A stretch of DNA of 64,000 bases from Gnetum montanum (taxonomy: Eukaryota; Plantae; Gnetophyta), in assembly GCA_015680685.1 (NCBI GenBank), contig MNCI01002247.1:162330-226329 (forward strand), written 5' to 3'. Positions 39,101 through 52,934 of this stretch are shown in pieces. Position 1 is the first letter of the stretch. Every line of letters starts with the position of its first letter. The position numbers were made by a program, and so were the translations under genes. Below the pieces are notes generated by a model, which was not told the origin of the DNA, made no database searches, and saw nothing but the letters and a program-made list of their open reading frames with translations.

Positions 39101-39975
39101 ACATAGTGAGACATTTGCGATGCTTGCGGAATGGGTAGAGAAGAAAATGGGGTCCACCATATGGACGGGCCGAGACCCGCCACTATTGGTGGAACTGACA
39201 TGAATGTAGGAATAGACACAGAAGTCGTGCATGTTTGCGAATTAGGTATAGTATGCACATGTGGTAGGGTAGCTGCAATTGGTGTATGCTACACTACAAG
39301 AATGGACTGCTAAATAGCCTGCAAAGGGATGGTAGCTACAAATGAAATAGGTGAAATGGGTGAGAGTAAGCGTTGAAACATCACAAAATTGGTGTGGCTA
39401 CCAATAGTTGCTGTAATCGTGGGTTGTGGAAGTGTAGGTGTAATTACAAAGGGAGCAGTAAGGGAGGATGACTTGGCCCAGAAGGACTGGGTAGGAGGGA
39501 TAGGAGTGGGGCTGGTTGGACCTCCCTTGTCCGATTAGGAATCGAGTTCCTCTTGCCCATCTTGGAAAGCATCATCTTGGTTGGACGTTGTGTCCTGTTG
39601 CTCCCTAAGCTTAGCCAACTGGATCAATTAGTCTAGAAGCCTTTGGTATGCTTATGTTAAAGGTAATGAAATTCCAAGAATAGGGAAAAACTCCTTCCCA
39701 TTGTAGTAAGCAAACTTGAAGCTGCATTTTTCTTTGAGTTCATGTAAATCCAAGGGTAGATTTTCTTGCACCTTTACACAGAGGAAACTGTAATGGTCAT
39801 GTTACTAGGCTAATCCCTCAGGTCCTCGATTTTGGATTTTGAGCGATTGACGTGTTTCCAGGATTGGATTCAATGGTTGTTTGGCACCAATAGTGCCTTG
39901 AACCATGATGGGGTCTTCAGCGTTGAAAGGAACCTCTACGTTGAAGGTGTTAGCAGCAATACTTGAAAAAGCCAT
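36150..39975 (-). pseudogene. gag: Degenerate gag-protease of copy C
   Basis: ORF 38218-38760 capsid (KYNGEGDPNTHL), 36402-36656 protease (FNLILGRLWLAQLR), VHVDDGAATNVI near 36710-36745. Confidence 0.92.
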
Positions 39976-40059
39976 TGTTAAGCTGAGTAGTTATGCAAAA
40001 AAGTGAAAAAGTTATGCAAAATAGGGTGAACAAACAAGGAAAATAGGAAACAACAAACA

Positions 40060-40620
40060 AGGAGAAGAGGAAGGCTTTACATCTTGCCAGATTCCAGAGG
40101 ACTCATCGAGGCGACTGTTTTTGCACCACACAAAGTGTAAACAACCACGAAGGGATGTCACGTCTACACTAATGTGCGATGAGATATAGAGCATGTGCAA
40201 GACTACCATAGGACAAGTTTATTTAACTGGCAACCAAAAAGGCTTTAAGTATTGCAGGATCCTAGAGGGACCGTCGAAGCGATTGACCTATACCACGTAG
40301 GATGGAGTACAGGACGCACGCAAGACTACTGTAAGGTGGGCATGCTAACTAGCAGTCAAGAAGGCTTTGCATCTCGTAGGATCCCCGAGGGATAGTCGAA
40401 GTGACCACTTGGTACCACGCAAGATGGGGTACAAAACACATGAAAGACTACCATAAGATGAGCTAATTAGCTAGTGATCGGAGGCCTTGTGTTCTGTGGG
40501 GCTCTCCAGGAACTGTTGAGGTGATCGATCTACACCACAAAAAGCACAAACAACTGCAAAGGATGTCACGTTTAAGCTTATGTGTATTAGGCTGCAAAAG
40601 GTTCATAGAACTACCATGAC
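40060..40620 (-). repeat. Repeated leader (5' UTR) modules of copy C
   Basis: Several imperfect copies of the ggtagtcttg...gatcggtcacctcga...cctcggggatcc module also seen in D, E and F. Confidence 0.7.
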
Positions 40621-40644
40621 ACGTGAAAAAGGCACCAAAAGATT

Positions 40645-40660
40645 CCTTCTTCTAGTGCTA
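40645..40660 (-). promoter_or_regulatory. PBS (tRNA-Asn, degenerate), copy C
   Basis: Minus strand tagcactagaagaagg, 6 nt after the LTR end. Confidence 0.75.
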
Positions 40661-40666
40661 GAAAAT

Positions 40667-42388
40667 TGTAGCGACCGAAAATGTCGACGACTGGAAAACA
40701 CCGAGGGGTCTGCGGGTGAAACAGTTTTGACCCCATACTCACAGGAGGGTTGTGCTTGGTGTGTGTAGATATGGGGCATCCTGAATGGTCTGGTCAATCA
40801 TACAGGGACTTAATTGACATCTATATAGCCTTTTGCAACATATATTTTTGAAAAAGAAACGGAAATGTGGAGTAATGCTTGAAAGTAAATGAAACAGAAG
40901 AAGAAAATAGTGTAAAAACACAACAGTAAGTAGGAAATAGTGTGGAATATGGTTAGAAAAATGCATCACTCTGAAGCTGCAAGCTTGCTCTATCAGGGCA
41001 GATACAGTCGGTTACATAGTGTGGCAGAGTGCAGAAATCCTAACAGTAACTGAGACGTGTAGAGTGAAATAGGTTTTGCACTTGGGTGCAGCCTTGGGTG
41101 CTGACAATACAGGGATTCTACCAAGGTGGTAGAAAGGGAATAGGACAATATGCCAACTAAAAGTGCCAACTATTTGCAGTGTCAAACAGAAAGCTTACAA
41201 TTCTTGATGTTACAATGCACATGAAAGAAAGCTTGAATGCTAGAGCGAATGCCAGGGAGATGAAAAGTCATGGAATCAGGAAGAATTCCTCACTTTTTGA
41301 ATGCTTTTTCTTGAAAAAAATTTTCAACCTTTTGAATGCCATTTTCCAAAAAATTCCCAATAGCCAAAGATAGTCCAACCCTTTGAGCACTACTCATCAA
41401 GGTATTTATAGGGCTAAAGGGCATGCGAAGGGGGCGGTTTGGATGCCGTGTGCCCCGGGCCCACGTTGACTTGCTAGCGCCACACATGTCGCATATGACC
41501 ATTGGACCTACAAGACCATTGTAATGCGAGCCTACTATGCCATAACTGTAAACCTGCCACACCGTAATTGCGCCATCAGCATCTGGAGACGTGTGCCAAT
41601 GATCTAATTAGGTGAAGTGCATTGATGTCGCACAACGACCCACATGCCTTGCTATGCTTTGTAGTGTAGCATGCTTGGCATAGTGTAGCACCTTGTCATG
41701 TGTTCTGCTACATGTGTGTTGCATGTTTGCTACACTAGGCTACGCTACGTAGCGTAGCGTAGTGTAGCAACTAGCCTTAGTCGTGAAAACTTTGTTGATT
41801 TGTGAACTTTGCTTCCACGAGACTTGCAAACTTGCTAACCCCACCCTTTGAGCTACCTTTTGTCTCTTCCACAAGATCGCTATACCTTTCTTCACCTTGT
41901 AGCTTAGTGTAGTGTAGTAGCAAACATGGTCCGTCACTTCCTGACAGAAAGGGACATTACTGAAGGACTTTAAAATTGGGCGTGGGGACTAGCCGCGAAG
42001 CTGTTGCCATGTTACGCTACATCACGTGACGTAGCGCAGTGTAGCACTTTGTCCTACAATCATCTTTTGAAGCTTGCTACGCTACATAGCGAGGCGCAAC
42101 GTAGTGTAGTAGACTTCATGACTTAGAAAACTTGCCGAACTATTTCATGCATCCAGAATGCTGCTGCCAAGTCCGTGCATTATTTCTGAGTAGGCTATCG
42201 GCTTGACAATCTACTTAGGTGGATAGGCAAGATGACCCATAGAGCTAGTTTTCACCTAAAGTAGAAAATTTTCCAAATTGGCCAACCTGAACTCAGAATG
42301 TTCTCCTCCCGAAGAACTGTCGTGGTGCTGTGCAAGTTGCAAGGCCTGGTGAAGCAAGAATGACCTCACATTTTTTTGTGGTGTTTCA
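40667..42388 (-). repeat. 5' LTR of copy C
   Basis: Minus strand TGAAACACCAC...ggtcgctaCA; TATA at ~41403-41412. Confidence 0.92.
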
Positions 42389-43477
42389 TGCTACGTAGCA
42401 TAGCATAGCATAGCAAACATACAATGAATAACCTACATGTTTTAAAGGCTTTCTACACATGCAGCAAGATGTGTAACAAGACGTTATGCTACGCCAACAT
42501 GCTACGCTACAAAGCATAGCAAAGTGGCAAGTAGTTACGCAACATCAATACACATCACCTAATTGCACCGTTACTCTGACTACGTAATTACAGCATGGCA
42601 AGTTCATAATTATGGTGTGGTAGGCTCACCCAATGATCATGCAGGCAAGTGTCGTGCAGACAAGTCAGCATAGGCCCAAGGCACATGGCATTCAAACTGC
42701 ATCTTTCGTGCGCCCTTGGTCCTATAAATACCCCGATGAGTGATGCTTAGACTCTCTCTAGCTCTCACACTCTCAGGCACACTATCTCTCTCGATCTCTA
42801 GCACTTTTGGCATCCCCCTTTTTCAAATATTTTCAGTCCCTAGTCTATTTTCTCGGTAATCTGGTCAGCTAATGGTCTCGTTGGCTGACGAGCAAAAGGT
42901 TGACATTGTAATCTCAAGCATTGTAAGATTTCTGTTTAACATTGTAAACATTTAGCATTCTTAGCTAGCATCCTATCCTGTTCTTTTCTACCACCTTGGT
43001 AGCACTTTTCATTGTTAACGACTAAGCCCGTGTTCAAGCGCAGAGCCGTCTCGTTCTACACATTTTAGTTACTCTCGAGATCTCTACACTTCCTAGCGCT
43101 GTGCAACCGATAATGTCCATCTTGACAGAGCAAGGTTATAGCTTCGAAGCGGTGCATTTTTCTATTGCATTTTACATTATCTACCATTTACTATTGCATT
43201 TTAAGATGTTTTCTATTTCCTTTATTACATTTTACACTATTTTTTTATTTCCTCTACATTTAAGCATTACTTTGCTTTATCAGTCTCATTTTCAAATCAC
43301 ACATTGCAAAAGGTTATATAGACACCGACTAAGTCCCTGTCTAGTTGACCAGACCATTCAGGGTGCCCCATTTCCATCCCATCCAACACGGCCATCCCAC
43401 ATAAATAGGGTCAAGACTACCAATGGCCGGTGGCCCCTTGGCATTTTTTCCAGCCGTCGATGTTTTTGGTCGCTACA
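42389..43477 (+). repeat. 5' LTR of copy D, right part
   Basis: Colinear with 46660-47722; ends ggtcgctaCA. Confidence 0.9.
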
Positions 43478-43484
43478 TTTTTTT

Positions 43485-43500
43485 TGGTCCTAGAAGGAGG
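43485..43500 (+). promoter_or_regulatory. PBS, copy D
   Basis: tggtcctagaaggagg. Confidence 0.78.
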
Positions 43501-43946
43501 ACCTTTTGGTGGCTTTTCTACATGTCATGGTAGTCTTGTAAGCCTTCTACATCCTGATACGCATTAGTGTAAATGTGACACCTGTCTATGATTGTTTACG
43601 CATCATGTGGTATAGATCGGTCACCTCGATGGTTCCTCAAGAACCCTAGAGGACATAAAGCCTCCGGTTGCCAGTTGACTTGCCTATCTTATGATAGTCT
43701 TGCACATGCCCTGTACCCTATCGCACACTAGTGTAAACATGACACCCTTCGCAGTTGTTTACGCATCATGCAGTAGAGGTCAATCACCTCGACAGTTCCT
43801 CGAGAGCCCGGTAAGACATAAAGCCTTTTTGATTTCCTTTCTTTTTCGTTGCTTTCCAACTTATTTTCTCTTCTCAGTTAGCAAAACTGCTTAGCTTTCT
43901 GATTTCCTCACTTTTTCCATTTGCAAAAATATCTAGCTTAGTAACA

Positions 43947-46144
43947 ATAACTTCCGTAACTACCGCTGTTAACACCTTCAACATGGAGGTTCCCATCATG
44001 GTTCAAGGCACCACTAGTGCTGAACCACCATTGAACCCAATGCTAGAAATGCATCGATCCCTCAAGATTCAAAACCGAGGACCTAAGGACTTGGCCTAGC
44101 AACATGAGCATTAACTTCCTCTGTGCAAAGGTTTAGGCAAACCTACCTTTGGATGTACACAAGTTCAAAAGCAAACATAGCTTCGAATTCGCTTACTGCA
44201 ATGGGAAGGAGTTTGTTCCCACTCCCAACGTTTCCATACCTTTGACATAAACAAACCAAAGGCTGCTAGACTAGCTAATCCAGTTGGCTAGGCTTAGGGA
44301 GAAATAGGACATGGCATCTAACTAGGATGACGCTTTTCAAAATGGACAAGAGGAACTCGATTCCCAATCTGATGAGAGAGGTCCAACCAACCCTGTTCCT
44401 AGCCCTCCTACCCAGTCCTTCTGGGCCAGCTCATTGCCTGTCACCGCTCCCTTTGTCATCACACTTACACTCCCACAGCCTACAACTACGACTGCAATGG
44501 GTAGCCATATCACCTTCTTGGCATATCAATGCCCTTATTCCCCTATTTCATTTGCAACAACTGCACCTCTGCAAACTATTCAACAGCCCATTCCTGCAAT
44601 GCATCACACACCAATCACGGCTACCCTACTGCATGTTCACACTATGCATTCTTCATAATCTTACACAACTTTCATGTCAATTTCTACATTCACATCTGTT
44701 CCACCCACCGCGGCAGGCCCGAGCCCATCCACGTGGTGGACCCCATTCACTTCTTCACATATTGCACAACCATCACAGATGTCTCATTATGTTCACCCTT
44801 AGACCTACCAAACCCCGTAAACAGTACAACCTAACACGGAGCTATAGTTTGTTCCTCCAATGACACAAGGAGCCTATCCGGTGGTTCAAAACATAGTTGC
44901 TACTTCAACAGTACCACTTGTTGGGTGCTAGATAGTGCAAGAAACACCTTTCGCTAGGGCTACCCCAATGGTACTGTCGATGGATCACACCGCCACCCCC
45001 GCCATTCCACAGGTAGGGGTTGCCTCGACAGTTCCCCAACCGCCTACACTATCACATGGTTTGGATCAAGTGTTCTAGCTTATCCAGACCCTCACTAAGG
45101 AAATCAAATGCCTCAAGGCTGTCGGGTCCGACGTTGTACAAGTCATGAACTTTTACTAGGACGACCCCATCAACCCTGCAATCCCTACTCTAACATTACC
45201 CCTAGGGATGTCCCTCCCCCACTTCATGATGTATGATGGGGAGGGGGATCCCAACACACACCTAGTTACCTTTAGGTCTAAGTCTCTCCTATTGCAACAA
45301 TGGCCGCACATGATCATTCGTGTCTTTGCCATGTCCCTAGCCGGGAGGGCCTTAGATTGGTATCGTGTGCTGCCATGCTCGTCCATTTCAAATCTGGAAG
45401 AACTTTTGACCCAGTTCATGATGTGCTTCGAGTACAAATTGAAGCCAAAAATCATGCTGGATCAATTGATGGGTGTGAAGCAGCAGCCTTTGGAACCAAT
45501 CCAGAAGTTCATCTAGCATTGGAGCATGACCCTTAACGAAATTCGTGAGCCCATCGTGGAAGCCCACTTGTTCACCGTCTTTAAAGGTGTGGTGAATGAA
45601 TTTATCAAGTCTAAATTATACTACCTCATCCCTCACACTCTTAGTCAAGCCTTTGGTCAGACTAAGAGTATACAGGATATGGCCAAGGTAAGTAAAGACC
45701 CGTCCTACATTGCTTACAAAAACACCTTCACAAAGGACAAGGGTAAAACCCCGATAACCATAGTGGCCGCTGTGGCGAGCGAGGCCAAGCCCCAACCTAG
45801 TAACAATGGTAAAAAAAATAGCAAGAAATTGACCATACCCATAGCTAACCCCATGCCCAAGTAGGGCAACATTCACAACCTCCAATTCCTGCACCTAAGA
45901 CATCTACACAACCCAAGCTAAACATTGAGCATAAAGATCACTCAAAGTACACCCCATTGCCTCTCAAACCTTTAGAACTTTTGAAGCAGCTATTGGTAGC
46001 AAGGCACATGCAATACAAGAAAATGTTGCAAGAAGCAATCAACAAACATCAATGCTATTGCAAGCTCCTTGAGCCCCCAGTGAGCCCCCAGTTCCTAAGG
46101 GTTTCAGGCTGGATAGGTTTTGAAACTATCACCAATAGTATGCT
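43947..46144 (+). pseudogene. gag: Degenerate gag of copy D, truncated in the knuckle region
   Basis: ORFs 45208-45516 and 45526-45864; stops abruptly at a new LTR start. Confidence 0.9.
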
Positions 46145-47722
46145 TGAAACACCCCTAAATTTAGAGGCATCCTTTCTTCACTAGGCCTTTATAATTCATG
46201 CAACATTACGATAGTTCTTTAGGAGATGGATGCTGTGATTTTTAGACTGTTCGCTTCAGCAAGTTTTCTAAGTTAAGGAGTCTTGCTAGGCTATGCTATG
46301 ACATGCAATGTAGTAAACTTCAGAGGACATTTGCAGGAGCATAGTGCTATGCTATGCTATGCTACATAGCATAGCACAGCATAGCAAAAGCTAGATGATC
46401 AGCCCCTCACCTCACTTCAAGTCCTTCGGCAATTTCTCCTTCGACCAGAAGGTGACGAACTTGGCCAACATGAGGTCATGTTTGCTACTACGCTATGCTA
46501 AGCTACATGGCACAACGAGGTGCAGCAATTCTATGAAAGTTGACAGAAGGCAACTCAACTACAAGATCAGCAAGTTCGTAAAATTCCCAGTGCAGAAGGC
46601 AAAGTTTACAGATTGACAACATTTTTGCGACTAAGGCCAATTGCTATGCTACACTACACTATGTAGTGTAGCATAGCATAGCAAACATAAAATGAATAGC
46701 CTACATGTTTCAAAGGCTTTCTACACATGTAGCAATATGTGTAACAAGATGTTACGCTACGCCAACATGCTACGCTACAAAGCATAGCAAAGTGGAAAGA
46801 AGTTATGTAACTTCAATACACCTCACCTAATTGCACCATTGCTCTGATAGCATAATTACGATGTGGCAAGCTCGCCCAATGGTGATGTAGGCACGTGCAA
46901 CACAAAAAATTCAGCATAGGCCCAAGGCACGTGGCATTCAAACTGCATCTTTCATGTGCCCTTGGTCCTATAAATACCCCAATGAGTGACATTTAGACTC
47001 TCTCTAGCTCTTGTGCTCTCGGGCACACTATCTCTCTCGATCTCTGGCACTTTTGGCATCCTTCTTTTTCAAATATTTTCAGTTCCCAGTCTATTTTCTT
47101 GGCGATCTAGTTAGCTAATAGTCTAGTTAGCTGACAAGCAAAAGGTTGACACTGTAATCTCAAGTGTTGTAAGCTTTCTATTTAACATTGTAAATAGTTA
47201 GCATTCTCAGCTGGCATCCTATCATGTTCTTTTCTACCACCTTGGTAGCACTTTGCATTGTTAACACCTAAGCCTGTGTTCAAGTGCATATCCATCTCAT
47301 TCTACACATCTTGGTTACTCTTGGGATCTCTACACTTCCCAGCGTTGTGCAACTGATTGTGTCCATCTTGACAGAGCGAGGTTATAGCTTCAAAGCAATG
47401 CATTTTTCTATTGCATTTTACATTATCTCCCATTTACTATTGTATTTTACACTGTTTTCTATTTCCTTTATTGCATTTTACACTATTTTTTGTTTCCTCT
47501 ACATTTAAACATTACTTTGCTTTGTCAGTCTCGTTTTCAAATCACACATTGCAAAAGGTTATATAGACACCGACTAAGTCCTTGTCTGATCAACCAGACC
47601 GTTTAGGGTGCCCCATTTCTGTCCCATCCAACATGGCCATCCCACAAAAATGGGGTCAAGACTACCAGCTACCGATGGCCCTTTGACCTTTTTTCCAACC
47701 ACCAATGTTTTTGGTTGCTATA
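46145..47722 (+). repeat. 5' LTR of copy E
   Basis: TGAAACACCCC...ggttgctaTA (CA>TA); TATA near 46968. Confidence 0.9.
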
Positions 47723-47729
47723 GTTTTTT

Positions 47730-47746
47730 TGGTGCTAGAAGGAGGG
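47730..47746 (+). promoter_or_regulatory. PBS, copy E
   Basis: tggtgctagaaggaggg. Confidence 0.85.
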
Positions 47747-47769
47747 CTTCTTGGTGCCTTTTCCACATG

Positions 47770-48240
47770 TCACGGTAGTCTTGTAAGCCCTTTGCATCTT
47801 GATACACATTAGCATAAACATGACACCCATCTATGGTTGTTTATGCATCGTGCAATGCAAATCAGTTGCCTCGACAATTCCTCAGGAGTCCTACAGGACA
47901 TAAATCCTTTGATTGCTAGTTAACTTACCTCCTTCTTATGGTAGCTGTGTAAGCCTTCTGCACCCTAATACGCATTAGCATAAACTTGACACCCATCTAT
48001 GGTTGTTTACACATTGTGTGGTGCAGATTGGTCACCTCGATGACTCCTCAGTAGCCCTACAGGAATTAAAGCATCTAGTCACCAGTTGATTTGCCTATCT
48101 TACTGTAATCTTGCATATGCCCTGTACCCTATCATGCATTAGCATAAATGTGACACCCGTCTGTGGTTGTTTACACATCATGCGGTACAGGTTGGTTTCC
48201 TTGATGGTTCCTTGGGAGCCTGGAAAGACATAAAGCCTTT
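47770..48240 (+). repeat. Three tandem ~165-bp leader modules, copy E
   Basis: cattagcataaacatgacacccatctatggttgttta recurs at ~47807, 47973 and 48137. Confidence 0.85.
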
Positions 48241-48358
48241 TTGATTACCTTTCTTTTTTGTCACTTTCCAACTTATTTACTCTTCTTAGTTCGCAAAACT
48301 TCTTAGCTTTCCAATTTCCTTGCTTTTCGCATTTGCAAAACTATCTAGCTTAGTAATA

Positions 48359-50668
48359 ATGACTTCTGCAACTACCGCTATTAACACCTTCAACATGGAG
48401 GTTCCCATCACAGTTCAAGGCACCACTGGTGCTGAACAAATGTTGAACTTAATGCTGGAAATGCGTCGATCCCTCAGGATCCAAAATCGAGGACCTGAGG
48501 GCTTGGCCTAGAAACATGAGCATTATAACTTCCTCTATGCGAAGGTTCAGGCAAACCTTCCTTTGGATGTACATGAGTTCGAAAGCAAACATAGCTTTGA
48601 GTTCGCTTACTGTGAGAAGAAGGAGTTTGTTCCCACTCTCGGTGCTTTCATACCTTTGACACAAACAAACCAAAGGCTACTAGACCAACTAATCCAGTTG
48701 GCAGGCTTAGGGAGTAGCAAGATATGGTGTCTAACCAGGATGACACTTTTCAAGATGGACAGGAGGAACCCGATTCCCAATCTGATGAGGGAGGTCCAAC
48801 CAACCCCATTCCTATCCCTCCTACCTAGTCCTTCTGGGCCAACCCGTTGCCTATCACCGTTTCCTTTATCATCACGCCTATGCTCCCATAGCCTGCAACT
48901 ACAATCGCAATGGGTAGCCATGTTACCTTCCTAGTGTATCAATGCCCTTATTCCCCTATTTCATTTACAGCAACTGTGCCTCCACAAACTATTCAACAGC
49001 CCATTCCTGCAATGCATCACACACCTATCATGGCTACCCTGCTGCATGTTCACATTGTGCTTTCTTCATAGTCTTACGCAACTTCCATGTTGATTCCTAC
49101 ATTCACATCTGTTTCACCTACCGCAGCGGGCTTAGGCCTATCCACGTGGTGGACTTCATTCACTTCTTTGCATATTGTACAACCATCACAGATGTCTCAT
49201 TATGTTCGCCCTCAAACTTGCCAAACCCCGCAAATGGTACAACCTAACACATGGCTATGGTCTACTCCGCTGGTGACACAAGTGGTCTATCCAATAGCAT
49301 AACCCATGGTTGCTACTTCAACCACACCACCTACTGGGTGGTGGATAGTGCAAGTAGCACCGCTCGTAGGGGCTACCTCAACGGTACCATCGATGGGTCA
49401 CACCACCACCCTTGCCATTCCACAGGTAGGGGCTACCTCGGCAGTTTCCCAACCACCCAAATCGTAGGGTCTGGACCAAGCGTTCCAGCTCATCCAGACC
49501 CTCACTGAGGAAATCAAACACCTCAAGGCTATTAGGTCAGACGTGGTACAAGTCATGGACTTTTACCAGGATGACCCCATCAACCCTGCAATCCTTGCTC
49601 TGACATTACCCCCATGGATGTTCCTCCCCCACTTCACGAAGTACGATGGGGAGGGAGATCCCAATACACACCTAATTACATTTAGGTCTACATCTCTCCT
49701 ACTGCAACAATGGCCACACATGATCATTCATGTCTTTGCCATGTCCCTAGTTGGGAAGGCCTTAGATTGGTATTGCGCGCTGCCATGCTCGTCCATTTCA
49801 ACTCTAGAAGAGCTTCTGACACAGTTCATGATGTGCTTTAAGTACAACTTGAAGTAGGAAATCATACTAGATCAGTTGATGGGTGTGAAGCAGGAGCCTC
49901 TGGAATTGGTCCAAAAGTTCATCCAGCGATGGAGCACAACCCTCAATGAAATCCACGAGCCCATCACGGAAGCTCACTTGTTGGTCATCTTAAAAGGTGC
50001 AATGAAAAACTTTATCAAGTCTAAACTATACTACCTCATCCCTTGCACTCTTAGTTAAGCCTTTGCTCAGACTAAGCATATATAGGATGTTGCTGAGGTA
50101 AGCAAAGTCCTAGCCTACATCGCTTACAAAAACACCTTCACAAAGAAGGACAAGGGTAAAACCCTGACAACCACAGTGGCTGCTGTGGTGACTAAGGCCA
50201 AGCTCCGACCTAGTAACAATGGTAATAAGAATAGCAAGAAATCAACTATACCTGTAGCTAACCCCATGCCCAAGCAAGGCAACATGTCACAACCTCCAAT
50301 TCCCACACATGAGAAATTTGCACAACCCAAGCCAAACTTTGAGTGTAAAGATTGCTCAAAGTACATCCCATTGCCTCTCAAACCTTCGGAACTTCTGAAG
50401 CGGCTATTGGCAACAAGGCACATGCAATACAAGCAAATGTTGTAAGAAGCAATCAATAGACATCAACACTATTGCAGGCTCCTTAGGAACCCCTCTTTGG
50501 CCTTGTCCAATGAGCCCCAGTTCCTAAGGGTTTCAAGCTGGACAAGTTTTGCAACTATCACCAACATTGTGGTGACAACACAGACTACTATCTGGAATTG
50601 CAAGATGACATCCAGAGATTGATCAACCAAGGAAAATTGATGCTAGACGAAAGCAACCTAGTATGTCC
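48359..50668 (+). pseudogene. gag: Degenerate gag of copy E
   Basis: N-terminal domain (RRSLRIQNRGP...SFEFAY), Pro/Thr linker, capsid motifs, FCNYHQHCGDNTDY. Confidence 0.9.
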
Positions 50669-52077
50669 TGAAACACCATAAAATTTTCAAAGCCTCGATG
50701 GGTCGACAAAATCTAGTGACCCAAGTAGGAAGTTGCGACAAGGTGCAGCACAATACAGATGAACTTCAAGAGACAGAATGAAAAAATAGATGCATGGTGG
50801 TGAGACTTCCACTTTGTGAATTTTCCATCTTTCAAAATCTCAACATTTAACATATTACATTGCATTACGCAACATAGCATAACGCCGCGTAGCGCAGCAT
50901 AATATCAAAGACAGTCCACCACAACATCAAGGACGGCAAACATGCAAGACTTTGATAGCCCAGTAAAAATCTCAAGGCCTACGCAACGATCTGCAACATG
51001 ACGTGCATTTCAGTGGGTTTTCTTTCCTAGTTAAGGGGCCCATTATGCTTCTTTATGCAGTGTGGCATAGTAAAAAACCCCGAAAGAGATAGAAACAGAG
51101 GAAGTGTGGCAAAAATACTTCAACTTTTACGGTTTCGTTATTTTATGATGAATTACTCTATGATGCATAATTTAGTGTGATGCAGCGTAATTCAAGTAAC
51201 GACAAGCACAATTTAGACATCAGTAGATCATACACCACAATACGCTCTCTAGCAAATTATAGCGTAATCAAAGGATAGTCTGTTGCCAAAGCCCGCATGA
51301 GGGTAGTTTAAGACGTGCTACGCAGCATAGCGTCGCAAGCTTCAATGACAACACATTGAGTCAACAACATTTTATAAGTTCAGGACACGCATCACTTAAA
51401 CCATGTTTTTTCTCCTAATCCTAACCTTATAAATGCTCAAGTTGACAAAGATCATAGGGGTTAGCAAAATTTTTCCTTTCAAGGTTGGCAAAAGAGAAAA
51501 AGAGAATCAGCGATCGTGAGAACGTCGGAGGTGATTGGCAAGAATTCTTAATCAGAAACAATCAGCTATCAGATATTCTCCCTCGAGTCTGACTTCCTTG
51601 CACCCATATTAGCTAGATCAAGGTAGATTGATCCTCGCTTGTTTCATCTTTAGATAACTTTCTTGTTACTGGCATGTGCTTTGTCCAAACCGAAGCCCAC
51701 CTGAAATCATTGTATCAAACATACTATTTTTCATTAATTAAATCCCATATCTTATGATCGTATTCTCTACAAAATCTGATCCCTTGCATCCTAGTTATAT
51801 GGATTTGGCAATCTCATCTAAATCGTTTGCATTGTCTTGAATTGCTTTCGGGACTAACAACATTCCATCACCTTATAAAGAATCTTCATTTTGCCATCAA
51901 ATTATTACCAAACATTTTACTGATTAAATAAGTCCTTGTCTAATCGACAAGACCATTTAGGGCACCTTGAATTCATTTTTTTCTCTCCAACACGGTCCTC
52001 GCACAGATCCGGGGTTAGAACTGTGTACATGGACTTTCGTTCGGTATTTCCAATGACCAACGTTTTCCGTCGTTACA
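50669..52077 (+). repeat. 5' LTR of copy F
   Basis: TGAAACACCATAAAATTTT...cgtcgttaCA; TATA near 51428. Confidence 0.88.
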
Positions 52078-52934
52078 GTTTTCTAGCACTAGAAGGAGGG
52101 TCTTCCTATCCGATCCATATTTTTTGGGTAGTCTTGTAAGCTATCTATACCCATTGGCAATCAACGTAAACATAATACCTCCGAGGTTGTTTACGAAATT
52201 ATGTGGTGCAGATCGGTCGCTTCGACGATTCCTTTAGAGTCTTACCAGGTAAAAAGCCCTGGTTATTATCTTAGTTCACCTTTGTCCTTCCAATCTCTAC
52301 TTTTGTTGTCATTATCTTCAAATCATGTAAAAAATGACTACATCAACTACTATCGTTGACACCACTAGCCTTGAGAACCCTTGGACCATGCAAGTCATGC
52401 CTCCCATGGTCGAGCAACCACTCAGTCCGGTGCGACCATGCCACTCCCTCAAACTACAAAACAAGGAGCCTGAGGAACAGGCTCAATGCAGGGAAAGCTA
52501 TAATTTCCTCTATGCTAAGCTTGTGGCAAACCTACCTATGTATCCACAAGAGCTCAAGGAAAAATGAGAGTACGAGTTCATGTACTGCAACGAGAAGGAA
52601 CTCATCTCTACGCCTAGCACTTTCATACCCCTAACTAGTTGCTTGAACTGGTGAAAGGCCTAAAATGGCCCAAGACTAGTTGCCTTATTTATGCTTTGCA
52701 CGCGATGTAGCTGGTAGCCTACAATGACTTTAAACTAGAAACTTCATTTACGCTATATGCCTAAACTATCTGCCATTTCTCATAACATCAAAACCTACTA
52801 ATTTACACTTTGCATAAAATAAGAATAGTAACAACAAAAGAACATTGACTTAGACCAAATTTGCATTAAAATGTCAAAAAATAAATATTTTTTCTTTCTC
52901 ATCATAAAATAAAAAAAATGGACTATGGCCAATA

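Larger units (their letters stand above)
26081..42388 (-). mobile_element. Copy C, near full length, inserted in the LTR of copy D
   Basis: Both LTR termini present; flanks CGCTA (26076-26080) and TGCTA (42389-42393) form a 5-bp TSD with one CpG-type mismatch. Confidence 0.93.
25579..46144 (+). mobile_element. Copy D (5' LTR split by copy C; PBS; gag cut off by copy E)
   Basis: 25579-26080 joined to 42394-43477 reproduces the uninterrupted LTR of copy E (46145-47722). Confidence 0.88.
46145..50668 (+). mobile_element. Copy E (LTR, PBS, gag), cut off by copy F
   Basis: Close paralog of D along its length. Confidence 0.9.
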
